26,086 nt of DNA from a virus (taxonomy: Duplodnaviria > Caudoviricetes), in the IMG/VR virus record IMGVR_UViG_3300020045_001118, positions 1 through 26,086 of that record, one strand, 5' to 3'. Positions 18,035-26,086 of the stretch are shown here, in pieces. Both the position numbers and the translations under genes were made by a program. The notes beneath the pieces were generated by a model, which did no database searches, was not told where the DNA came from, and worked only from the letters and a program-made list of their open reading frames with translations. The first letter of the stretch is position 1, and the number at the start of each line of letters is the position of its first letter.

Positions 18035-19237
18035 CTAATCTAATAAATCTGCCAACTGAGCTGTTTTGCTTCTTTCAGTAATTTGAAGATTCACACATCC
18101 AAACAACTCATTACCTTTTAAATTATCTATCGTTTGTTTAAGTCCATTGTTTCTTTCAAACAAAGGGTCGTCAATCTGCTTGAAGTCTCCATTCATCCAT
18201 AATACACTACCTTCTGCCAATCTACTTATCAGTAGTTGAATATGTTCTTTTGTCATATTCTCGGCTTCTGTAACATATATGATTGAATTTTTAATATCTC
18301 TACCACGCATAAATCCAAGGTGTTGCATATCTATTTTACCTTGTTTGATTAAATATTCAAGACCGTCTACACCGCCTACGTGGTCTGCGAAAGGCATGAT
18401 GTAGGGTAAAATTTTGTCCTCTAATGTGCCGGGTAGGTAGCCGATTGGTTTACTATTCTTAACTTCAACGTTATTCCTTACAAATACAATCTTATCATAT
18501 AATCCCTTTTGAACCATATTTAAAGCATGAGTACTCATAATACAATCTTTACCGCTACCAAACTTTCCGAAGATAACTTTAACCGTAGATGTTTTATCCT
18601 GAATTAAATCAAATGCTAATTCTTGTTGATAATTTCTAGGTTTAAATTTACCACTATACATATTATCAACTTGTTTATATGAAACTTTAGAAAATCCAGT
18701 TGTTTCATTCCATTTTAACTTGTCAACAATTTCATCTGCATCATTTCTGATAACAAGATATTCTTTGTCAAGAAGTTCAAATTTATTTTCCATGTTTGTA
18801 TAAAAGTCAGCCATATCTTCTTCTGACATAGTAACTTCTTTATATCCATTATAAGTTTCTTTGAATTTTTCAACAATTTGAACGCATTCAATCCCAATAG
18901 ATTCTGCTTTCAATTTCAAATTTAAATCGAATGTAAGAAATTTTACATCTGAATCTTTTGCTATACAATCTACGGCAAATCCTAGAATCTTATTGTCCAA
19001 CTTAGTATTTTGTAAATAGTCTGGTAATACATATTCAGAAGTCAAAATATATTCGACATTCTTAGCTTGCGATAAAACTCTCATTGAGTTTCTTGCTTTA
19101 AATGCTTTCTCTTGACTATCGCTCATCTTATGATTATCTAATTCCTCAACAACAAATATTGGGATGTAAACTTTATCATATTCTGAAATGTCGTGATTTT
19201 GCATTAAAACATTAGTATCTATAATAACTTTTGTCAT
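18035..19237 (-). CDS. phoH: PIN domain-PhoH family ATPase fusion (PhoH2/YlaK-like)
   Basis: PIN motifs 'IDTNVL', 'VEELD' and 'LTFDLNL'; Walker A GKFGSGK; 'GYLPGTLEDK', 'MRGRDI' and 'GDFKQID'. Likely ATG at 19237. Confidence 0.92.
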   Translation of the reverse strand: MTKVIIDTNVLMQNHDISEYDKVYIPIFVVEELDNHKMSDSQEKAFKARNSMRVLSQAKNVEYILTSEYVLPDYLQNTKLDNKILGFAVDCIAKDSDVKFLTFDLNLKLKAESIGIECVQIVEKFKETYNGYKEVTMSEEDMADFYTNMENKFELLDKEYLVIRNDADEIVDKLKWNETTGFSKVSYKQVDNMYSGKFKPRNYQQELAFDLIQDKTSTVKVIFGKFGSGKDCIMSTHALNMVQKGLYDKIVFVRNNVEVKNSKPIGYLPGTLEDKILPYIMPFADHVGGVDGLEYLIKQGKIDMQHLGFMRGRDIKNSIIYVTEAENMTKEHIQLLISRLAEGSVLWMNGDFKQIDDPLFERNNGLKQTIDNLKGNELFGCVNLQITERSKTAQLADLLD

Positions 19238-19281
19238 ATAGTATTCTTCTTTCGCATGTGTGTGCAAGTTGATTGGTCTAT

Positions 19282-19551
19282 TTATTTTTTCTTGCCTCGA
19301 TAATTGTTCTTTATAATCGGTAATCCAGTTCCAGAAACCTCAACACCGTTTTCATCCGTAATCTTAAAAAACTTATGCATCTGCGACAAATACATTTTAT
19401 ACTTATCTGCCCTAATCGCATACCGTTTTGCATTTTTCCTACCCTTAACATTGCAAGTATATGCACAATCACCCTTTTCATCTCTGCAAAGTTGTTTGTC
19501 TCCCAATACTTTCCTTATTCTTGACATCTCATCGCTATTTACAACTACCAT
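19282..19551 (-). CDS. Small basic hypothetical protein
   Basis: 89 aa, with AAAGGATG upstream. Confidence 0.6.
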   Translation of the reverse strand: MVVVNSDEMSRIRKVLGDKQLCRDEKGDCAYTCNVKGRKNAKRYAIRADKYKMYLSQMHKFFKITDENGVEVSGTGLPIIKNNYRGKKK

Positions 19552-19579
19552 TCCGCAATCATCCTTTTCCTCAGAAACA

Positions 19580-20092
19580 CTATTGTATCAAGCCATCAAA
19601 CAACTTGACTAAGTTATATCTGTAATTTACTTGTAATAATTTAGATTCCACAACAACGCCATTGTATTCAATAACGTCTTTCTCGTTAATCGACTTTTTA
19701 TCTGACTCGTTTAAGAATCGCATAAATTCATCAATAGACAAAAAATAAGTATTCTTAGTTGTTCTAAAATCTAACATGAAACCACTATGTGTATTATTAT
19801 ATTTACCAGAACGATTCAATCCATCAATCTGATTGAGTTTAATCATTTTACTCTTCTCGGATTTCTCACGTTGAATTGACATACTACTTTGTTCTGTTGA
19901 CTTTAATTCTAATGTGAATAAGTTACTCTTGTAAAATATAAAGCAATCATATTCATTTGACAAACTAAATCTAGTCTTGCTAGAATCTTGCCCAAAACTT
20001 GATGCAGGGTCTTTGAGGCGGTAATAATACATAGTTTTTTCATCCACTGACTTTTTTAAAGCTTCTTCAAAAACTTTGCCACTATTCTTCAC
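19580..20092 (-). CDS. recU: RecU-like Holliday junction resolvase
   Basis: 'GKVFEE', 'YDC', 'LELKST' and 'NQIDGL' match the RecU PD-(D/E)XK pattern. Confidence 0.8.
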   Translation of the reverse strand: MKNSGKVFEEALKKSVDEKTMYYYRLKDPASSFGQDSSKTRFSLSNEYDCFIFYKSNLFTLELKSTEQSSMSIQREKSEKSKMIKLNQIDGLNRSGKYNNTHSGFMLDFRTTKNTYFLSIDEFMRFLNESDKKSINEKDVIEYNGVVVESKLLQVNYRYNLVKLFDGLIQ

Positions 20093-20358
20093 TTCTTCTT
20101 ACCTTTATCTTCGAATTCTTCTTCATCGTCCCAAAACTCTTCTTCTTCATACTCGCCAGATGTATCTTGGAATCCTACTGCAAAAGTGTCAATTTCTGCT
20201 TCGCCTTCCATCTCTTGGCTAATAATATAAATATCTTTATTAATCTTAGTCACATACTTTGACAAGTTTGCATTAACAACTTGTATAAACATATCCAGCA
20301 ATTCAAAAACATATCTTCCTGTGAGTATCCCCACAACAAATGCCACTACTATGTTCAT
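20089..20358 (-). CDS. Small protein with a hydrophobic N-terminus and acidic tail
   Basis: 89 aa; GAGGT RBS; stop overlaps the recU start. Confidence 0.65.
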   Translation of the reverse strand: MNIVVAFVVGILTGRYVFELLDMFIQVVNANLSKYVTKINKDIYIISQEMEGEAEIDTFAVGFQDTSGEYEEEEFWDDEEEFEDKGKKK

Positions 20359-20399
20359 CGAGAATACCTCGCATATTCGTTAGTTAGTTTATCCAACAG

Positions 20400-20420
20400 C
20401 AAAACCCCAATTAAGGGGTT
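20400..20420 (-). terminator. Probable terminator after hup
   Basis: AACCCC-TTAATT-GGGGTT-TT; the U tract is short. Confidence 0.55.
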
Positions 20421-20448
20421 AGTGTTGGTATTGAAAGGAGGGAGAGAG

Positions 20449-20724
20449 TTATTTATTTACGCTAGCTTTAAACTCAGCCGATGCTTTAAACTTCGGTGCT
20501 TTAGAAGCCGCGATAGAAAGTGGTTCACCAGTTTGTGGATTACGTCCTTCACGTGCCGCTCTTTCAGCAACATCAAATGAGCCAAATCCTACAAGTTGTA
20601 CTTTCTCACCACTAGATACTGTCTCTTTAATTACGTCCAAGATTGCTGTCAATACTGCGTCAACATCGTCTTGTTTAAATCCTGATTGTACTGCTACTGC
20701 TTTTTTTAATTCTGCTCTGTTCAT
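20449..20724 (-). CDS. hup: HU family DNA-binding protein
   Basis: 'MNRAELKKAVA...VQLVGFGSF...RAAREGRNPQTGE...PKFKAS' is canonical HU; ATG at 20724 follows GGAG. Confidence 0.97.
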   Translation of the reverse strand: MNRAELKKAVAVQSGFKQDDVDAVLTAILDVIKETVSSGEKVQLVGFGSFDVAERAAREGRNPQTGEPLSIAASKAPKFKASAEFKASVNK

Positions 20725-20736
20725 TATAATTCTCCG

Positions 20737-20765
20737 TTTAATCGTCATTTAGTTGGTTGATAGTT
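20737..20765 (-). promoter_or_regulatory. Conserved pre-RBS motif AACTATCAA-N8-ATGACGATTAAA, copy 2
   Basis: Matches 17159-17186. Confidence 0.55.
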
Positions 20766-20862
20766 CCATATGAAATTTTAATAAAAATGTGGTGGATGAA
20801 CACTAATCCTTTAATATATAATTTATTGGCTAACTGCCATGGTTATGTATCCACCACTCTTT

Positions 20863-20955
20863 TTGATTGCAGAAGAGGGAGTCGAACCCTCACGACTAAA
20901 TAGTCCTACATTTCTGCCATTAATGAGATGGTACTGCGCTATACCCCTCAATCAA
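20863..20955 (-). ncRNA. tRNA-like element (pseudo-tRNA or tRNA-mimic RNA)
   Basis: Perfect T arm GAGGG-TTCGACT-CCCTC, variable-arm-like GACTA-TT-TAGTC and closing stem TTGATTG/CAATCAA; no normal D or anticodon arm. Confidence 0.55.
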
Positions 20956-20987
20956 CTATATAGCGAGAAAAATATTTTTAAAGAATG

Positions 20988-22334
20988 TTATACAATTCCA
21001 GCTTTCTTTAACATTTCTTCCAATCTTTTCTGTTTTGCATTAGTATTTACGCATGATTTACACGTTCCATATAATCCATCTTTACTTTCTTTGCGAGGGC
21101 TAAACTCTTCTGTTGATTTTTCTTCTCCGCATTTATTACAAATCTTCAATGGTTTTTTCATTTCGCACTCTGAACAATATTTATTCTGTCTAATTTCAGA
21201 AATAAGTATATTACATCCGCAACCATCACATTTTTTATATTCGCCTTTTTCTAAAAATGTCTTAATATAGTTTTCATTGTCTAATTGATATTCGTAGATA
21301 ATTCTATCAACAATTTCGCCAATCCTATTGATGGCAGTTGTTACCGAGCAATCCATTTCAACGCTCATTGCTGTCATAGTAAAGTTTTTCTGCATCATGT
21401 TAATCATCTCAAGTTTATCTTCTTCAAACTTACAAGATTTGACATATCTATATAAATCAATTATCAACGAATCTCTAAAATCATTATATGTGGAACTTAC
21501 AGACATTCCTAGTAACGCTTTAACTTGTTGCGGATTGTTGAAATCAAATTCAGTCCAGTCAATTTGACATGAATCTGACATTACTTGCTTTAGATATATC
21601 GGGCGCTTAATCATTGTATATAAATCAAGTTGGTCGGTATATAATAAGTTTCTAATACTTCTATACTTTCTTATCTTTGAACTAATTTCAGACTTTTCAA
21701 AATCGCTTAATTCTTCATTATTTTCAAGAATTTCTTTTAATTTTTTAATTTTTTTCGTTAAAGTGTTAATTAATATTTCATACTCAATTATAGGTTCTAA
21801 TTCTTCATCCAACTGCCATCCACAAGGTAATGCATCCAACCTCTTACTCTTTTTAAAGTTAGGTTGCTTTCTAACTAGGAAATCTATAACCTCTATCTCT
21901 TCAAGCGAGTCATTCAGAAACTCGGATATAGGCTTCTCTTTGTTAAGAACCTTCTTAAACTGTGACTCTGTATAGAAATTATATACAACCTTCTTATCGA
22001 TTCTTTCTGCGTCTGGGGCGTATAGAATATAATTAGCGAATCTTTGCATCTGTACGAAAAATGTTTCTTCTTCGCTAAGATTACTAGAAGTTGTAAGGCT
22101 GACATTTACAATTGGTATTCCGTTAACATCCATTGTCAAAGCTTCTTGAATAAAGTCATTAACTATCTCAAACTTACCATATTCGTTTTCTACTTTCTGC
22201 TTAACCAACAACTCTTCAACAAGTTTGATGCGGTCTTGTTGTTTGAGGTGGTTATCAAGTTTATTAATATACCCTTGTAAGCTCTCTCCATCAAACTCGA
22301 TTGTCTTCTTATTCTTTCTAAACTTTTTCCCCAT
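20988..22334 (-). CDS. Large hypothetical protein with an HTH-like segment and C-terminal zinc fingers; possible transcription regulator
   Basis: 448 aa; 'TMTAMSVEMDCSVTTAINRIGEIVDRI' is HTH-like; four CxxC pairs at the C-terminus; AGGAG RBS. Confidence 0.6.
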   Translation of the reverse strand: MGKKFRKNKKTIEFDGESLQGYINKLDNHLKQQDRIKLVEELLVKQKVENEYGKFEIVNDFIQEALTMDVNGIPIVNVSLTTSSNLSEEETFFVQMQRFANYILYAPDAERIDKKVVYNFYTESQFKKVLNKEKPISEFLNDSLEEIEVIDFLVRKQPNFKKSKRLDALPCGWQLDEELEPIIEYEILINTLTKKIKKLKEILENNEELSDFEKSEISSKIRKYRSIRNLLYTDQLDLYTMIKRPIYLKQVMSDSCQIDWTEFDFNNPQQVKALLGMSVSSTYNDFRDSLIIDLYRYVKSCKFEEDKLEMINMMQKNFTMTAMSVEMDCSVTTAINRIGEIVDRIIYEYQLDNENYIKTFLEKGEYKKCDGCGCNILISEIRQNKYCSECEMKKPLKICNKCGEEKSTEEFSPRKESKDGLYGTCKSCVNTNAKQKRLEEMLKKAGIV

Positions 22335-22983
22335 TGTATTCTCCTAAGAATTTTAAGTATTTTCCCCAGCAACCAATCGAATGTATATATTCTTTAATCG
22401 GTAATCTAGCGAGTTTGCGTTTTCTGTCAAAGTCTAATCTATGCTTGGATTCAAACTGCGAATATATTTCTTTAAACTTTCTCATGGGAATATTTTCCGT
22501 CAATTGCTTGTATGGCAACAAGTCTTTGTCGGGAATAGTATATGTTGTATCCCAGTCTAGATTCTTTTCATCAAACGGTTGGATCTTAGCACCGCTAATC
22601 TTAGCTGACATTTCCTTGCAAACCAAGTCAATATCATCTGGGTTGAAGTAGATAAATACTTCTGCATCATTCTCTTCAACGTAGCACTTCAACCCTTGCT
22701 CAATAAGCGACTCTGATATGTTATGACCAGATTTAAGTGATGGGATATATGCAACAAGTGTTTGTCTGCATACACTGTGATTGGGCATTGATGAAATATA
22801 TCCGAAATAGTAAATCTGCTTACCCTTGGAACACTCTATATACAAGTCATCAATGGTGTAATCTATCTCACCTTGTTTGTTGCGGTAGAAATCGTTAGAG
22901 TTGACATCATGGGCAACCTTAACTCTATACTTGCCAACAATACGTTTGTCTGTTAATAATATATTTTCTGAAATTGTACTCAC
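22318..22983 (-). CDS. Hypothetical protein, first gene of the leftward transcript
   Basis: 221 aa, GTG start after AAAGGAG. Confidence 0.7.
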   Translation of the reverse strand: MSTISENILLTDKRIVGKYRVKVAHDVNSNDFYRNKQGEIDYTIDDLYIECSKGKQIYYFGYISSMPNHSVCRQTLVAYIPSLKSGHNISESLIEQGLKCYVEENDAEVFIYFNPDDIDLVCKEMSAKISGAKIQPFDEKNLDWDTTYTIPDKDLLPYKQLTENIPMRKFKEIYSQFESKHRLDFDRKRKLARLPIKEYIHSIGCWGKYLKFLGEYNGEKV

Positions 22984-23034
22984 GCTCCTTTAATTTTGGT
23001 TGATAGTATTGCGCTACCATCAACTGTTAATATT

Positions 23035-23063
23035 ATTATATCATAAATTGTTCTGCGTGTCAA
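23035..23063 (-). promoter_or_regulatory. Consensus sigmaA/sigma70 promoter, leftward
   Basis: TTGACA-17 nt-TATAAT with extended -10 TG. Confidence 0.9.
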
Positions 23064-23189
23064 GTGTTTTTATAATATATTTTATATATTTCGCCAACTT
23101 GGTGAATTGGTGGTTAAGGGTGGAAGTTTATATGGGTAAATTTAGGCTGTAATTTATACATATCATAGGGTTATGGGTAATTTATGAGA

Positions 23190-23450
23190 ATTAACTTCTT
23201 ATTAATCTTTATATATATTATTATATATATTATTAATTAATATATAAAGACATTAAAGATAAAAGATTAAGACATTCAAATATTTGCGTACGCAAATATT
23301 TGTAACTACAAAGCTACGCTTTGTAGTTTAATTAAATAATATATATTAAAGATTATATATAATATATATCGGTATTAATTATATAATACTTAATAGTAAA
23401 TATATACAAATATTATATATAATTATATTAAATCTTTAGTAATTATTTAT
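23190..23450. other. Extremely AT-rich region with palindromes, candidate replication origin
   Basis: TA runs, repeated AAAGAT/AAGACATT words, a 26-bp perfect palindrome at 23277-23302 and an 11-bp inverted repeat at 23304-23328; next to RepL-like genes. Confidence 0.45.
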
Positions 23451-23451
23451 C

Positions 23452-23480
23452 TTGACATAGGGGAATAATTATGCTATAAT
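23452..23480 (+). promoter_or_regulatory. Consensus sigmaA/sigma70 promoter, rightward
   Basis: TTGACA-17 nt-TATAAT with extended -10 TG. Confidence 0.9.
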
Positions 23481-23584
23481 AAGATATAAAGATATGGGTA
23501 TTGCGCTATCTATGTCTACATATTTGACTATATGACACTAGCTTGTCAAAGAACAACACATTGAATTGTGCGGAGGCTTTAACT

Positions 23585-23824
23585 ATGATTACAGAGAAAT
23601 TTAGAGAAGTTAATATTGATTTTGTTGCATACTTGCAATTAATCGGTATTGAATATTCAGAAATTATTAAAGATTCTAAAAATAATCCATGCTTTATTTA
23701 CGATGACGATTTTAGTAAATTATTGGGAATTAGGAGAAAGTTCTTATACGAAGATGTCACTCTGAATATGTTGGATTTTAAAAATAAACGTAAAGAATTA
23801 ATAATTTTAGTCAAGAGATTGTAG
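23585..23824 (+). CDS. Small hypothetical protein (79 aa)
   Basis: In-frame ATG at 23585 follows GGAGG, a better start than the TTG at 23543. Confidence 0.65.
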   Translation: MITEKFREVNIDFVAYLQLIGIEYSEIIKDSKNNPCFIYDDDFSKLLGIRRKFLYEDVTLNMLDFKNKRKELIILVKRL

Positions 23825-23874
23825 AATTATCAAATACGAAGGGGTACGCATATAATATGGCGTATGTATGAATT

Positions 23875-24474
23875 ATGGCAGAAATTGTATTTAAGAATAA
23901 GAATTATATACTATATGACGATGATAGTATCGTGTTGATCGAAACAGGAGAAATGTTTTCTAAGGATGAATTTTTAGACCCATTCAAAGTAGCGTATGAA
24001 TTAGTTGACACGTATAATGATTACTGTAAAAGGTTGAAGGTTGACAGAAGATTAGAATACAAACGCAATAAAGTATATAGTGGGGTGGTCTATAATCCTG
24101 TGAAAAGGTACTATTTCACAAAAACAATTACAACTAAGGCAGATTACTTTGAGGAGATTCTTGAAAATTCAGAGTATGCAGGATTTTTCTATATGCTAGC
24201 TAGGCACGTAGATTTCCCTAAGAATGCAGTTGTCATCAATAAGCAGTATCCAACGAATAAGGAGTTGCAGGATAAGTATAAAATAGGCGAGAAGAAGTTG
24301 GCTAAAATATTCGGCGAATTAATAAGGGTTGGTGCAATTAAGAGAATCTATACAGGGGAGCGACCTCAGACTTATATCAATCCATATATTTATAATAGGG
24401 GCAATACGGATATCGCAACTATAAAAATGTTTAAGGATACTGTATTCGCGACTAAGCATGATAGGAATTTCTAG
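23875..24474 (+). CDS. Winged-HTH protein, RepL-like
   Basis: 'TNKELQDKYKIGEKKLAKIFGELIRVGAI...YINPYIYNRG' is a wHTH followed by the Y-x-NP motif seen in RepL-type proteins. Confidence 0.55.
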   Translation: MAEIVFKNKNYILYDDDSIVLIETGEMFSKDEFLDPFKVAYELVDTYNDYCKRLKVDRRLEYKRNKVYSGVVYNPVKRYYFTKTITTKADYFEEILENSEYAGFFYMLARHVDFPKNAVVINKQYPTNKELQDKYKIGEKKLAKIFGELIRVGAIKRIYTGERPQTYINPYIYNRGNTDIATIKMFKDTVFATKHDRNF

Positions 24475-24715
24475 GGGAGTATAAGTGGAGTTGTTAGACT
24501 AAGGTTTATCATCTCCCATCTATCAAAAGGGACTTTGGTGGCTACCGCCACTATACCCAATATAATAAGAAGCGTTTTTAGAAAATAGTAACCTCAACAC
24601 CTTATATAATATGGGTTAGAGGGTATTTTAACCCACCGCACTTTCTGACGTTCCGCCTACGCAGTTTCTGCGGGGGGTATATAATAATCATTAAACTTAC
24701 AAAATAGGAGAAAAG

Positions 24716-25090
24716 ATGAGCGATAAAATTAAATGTATTAGAGATTTAAATTTACCATATAACATTAGTTCGGCATATTTACAACTATGCACTTTGACAT
24801 TATATCCAAGTAACGCAGTATCTTTAAACGGACAGAAGATATCAATAAAGCAAGCGAGTGAAGTATTGGGAATAAGTACAAGGATGTTATCAGACCATAT
24901 AAGCACACTTGCAACATATGGACTAATTGCAATAGAAAAAGATGAGCAAAGAAAATTCGTATATATAAATCCATATTATAACTCAACATCAGAACAAATA
25001 GGCAAAGTAGAACAGACGACGCTCGATATGTTTATGAGTTGCGATGGAGATAAAACTTTAATTAAATTAAAGGAGAATGAAGATGAATGA
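24716..25090 (+). CDS. Second winged-HTH protein, RepL-like paralogue
   Basis: 'SIKQASEVLGISTRMLSDHISTLATYGLI...YINPYY'; AGGAG RBS. Confidence 0.6.
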   Translation: MSDKIKCIRDLNLPYNISSAYLQLCTLTLYPSNAVSLNGQKISIKQASEVLGISTRMLSDHISTLATYGLIAIEKDEQRKFVYINPYYNSTSEQIGKVEQTTLDMFMSCDGDKTLIKLKENEDE

Positions 25091-25757
25091 AATAAAACTA
25101 AAAGAGTTAGGCGTTGGGTTCGTATTTGCAAACTATAAAGACGCTTGTAATTTATTAGAGGAGGATTCTAAATGTGGCAAAGGAAAAGTATATCAGTTAA
25201 AAAATTGGAAAAGATATTTCAAATGGGATAGAGTGAAGGGTAAATATCAATTTGTAATAACAGAGATATTCGATATTCCTACAGAAAAGAAAATCAGAAA
25301 GTATAAATTAGATTACAAACAGTTTATAATATCAGAAGAGGATGAAAATAAAAATGGAGTTTATATTATAAGACTATATAACGATGTATATATTGGCTCT
25401 ACTACGGTAGGATTTAGGAATAGGTTTGTGGCACACAGACATCATTCAAAAAATAACCTTTCTGCGGATACAAAATCAATGGTTAGAAGCGATGATGGGA
25501 CTTTTGATTGGTTGTGGATAGCTAATGAAAGCGAAGGTGAATACGAGATAAGAGAAAAAGAAGCAGAATATATAAATTACTATATCAAAAATACAACTTA
25601 TAGTGTTTGTAATACAGCATCTCCGAATATAAAAATAGGCGGCAATGGCAAGAGTTTTAAAATAATAAATCAAAACAAAAGTATAAAAATAAAAGAATCT
25701 GATTATAAAAAAGCTATTGAATTATTAACAACTAATGGAATTGAATCAATCGAATAA
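25077..25757 (+). CDS. GIY-YIG nuclease domain protein
   Basis: 'GVYIIRLYNDVYIGST...RNRFVAH...EAEYI...N' matches GIY-YIG; the start may be ATG 25083 after AAGGAG. Confidence 0.8.
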   Translation: MKMNEIKLKELGVGFVFANYKDACNLLEEDSKCGKGKVYQLKNWKRYFKWDRVKGKYQFVITEIFDIPTEKKIRKYKLDYKQFIISEEDENKNGVYIIRLYNDVYIGSTTVGFRNRFVAHRHHSKNNLSADTKSMVRSDDGTFDWLWIANESEGEYEIREKEAEYINYYIKNTTYSVCNTASPNIKIGGNGKSFKIINQNKSIKIKESDYKKAIELLTTNGIESIE

Positions 25758-25773
25758 CCAATTAACCAACCTC

Positions 25774-25797
25774 GACTCGCTTATGCGGGTCTTTTTT
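25774..25797 (+). terminator. Intrinsic terminator of the rightward operon
   Basis: GACTCGC-TTAT-GCGGGTC-TTTTTT. Confidence 0.88.
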
Positions 25798-25879
25798 AAT
25801 GCCTTGAGTATAAGATTAATAAACCGAGTTTAAGTTTGCTAACCTAGATATAATAGTGGTATATACCACCCAATTAAAT

Positions 25880-25926
25880 ATTCTTATTGTGATAATAAAT
25901 TCTTATCGTGATAAATAATTCTTATT
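25880..25926. repeat. Imperfect tandem repeat, 19-bp period, about 2.5 copies
   Basis: ATTCTTAT starts at 25880, 25899 and 25918; the first two units read ATTCTTATyGTGATAAwwA. Confidence 0.7.
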
Positions 25927-25968
25927 ACATCATACAAACTAGATTGGGTTTGAATTACATCGTGTTTT

Positions 25969-26086
25969 CCCCACCATCCCCTCAACCCTAGTATTCACCT
26001 AATATTCAGTCTACTCCCCTACCCTTATCCTATTCCCAATCCTCTCCCCTAGTATCCCACTGTTCCACCCTATCCACATATTCACT
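25969..26086. repeat. Strand-skewed C-rich low-complexity tract
   Basis: About nine CCC runs and repeated CCCTA(GTAT) words; almost no G on the + strand. Confidence 0.65.

Noticed and set aside
17690-18043. Plus-strand 117-aa ORF
   Set aside because: Antisense to the operon and overlapping a better-placed minus-strand ORF and structured RNA.
20839-21270. Plus-strand 143-aa ORF
   Set aside because: Antisense to the zinc-finger gene and the tRNA-like element; no recognisable features.
23277-23302. Protelomerase (telRL-like) target
   Set aside because: Shorter than the N15-type site and no protelomerase gene in the window; cannot be supported here.
25880-26086. CRISPR-like mini-array
   Set aside because: The repeats are short, degenerate and adjacent, with no regular unique spacers.

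Overview
Low-GC segment of a large tailed phage (or prophage), probably of a Bacillota host, with SPbeta/c-st-like gene order (inferred, no search run). A leftward unit starts at a consensus sigmaA promoter near 23040. It carries HU, RecU, PIN-PhoH, three tRNAs, a metallophosphoesterase, the terminases, a free-standing endonuclease, portal, a ferritin, protease/scaffold, decoration and major capsid proteins, neck genes and the major tail protein. A rightward unit starts at a second consensus promoter (23452-23480) and carries two RepL-like HTH proteins and a GIY-YIG nuclease. An AT-rich palindromic region between the promoters may be the origin. The main highlight is the terminase large subunit gene, which is in four pieces: two group I introns (splice sites assignable by hand; one encodes an endonuclease) and an 8-nt stop-containing insert in a hairpin that looks like a ribosome bypass/recoding site. 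Other highlights are an endonuclease ending in a silently recoded copy of the terminase C-terminus, complementary loop hairpins at the starts of the two divergent transcripts, and several unexplained structured RNAs.
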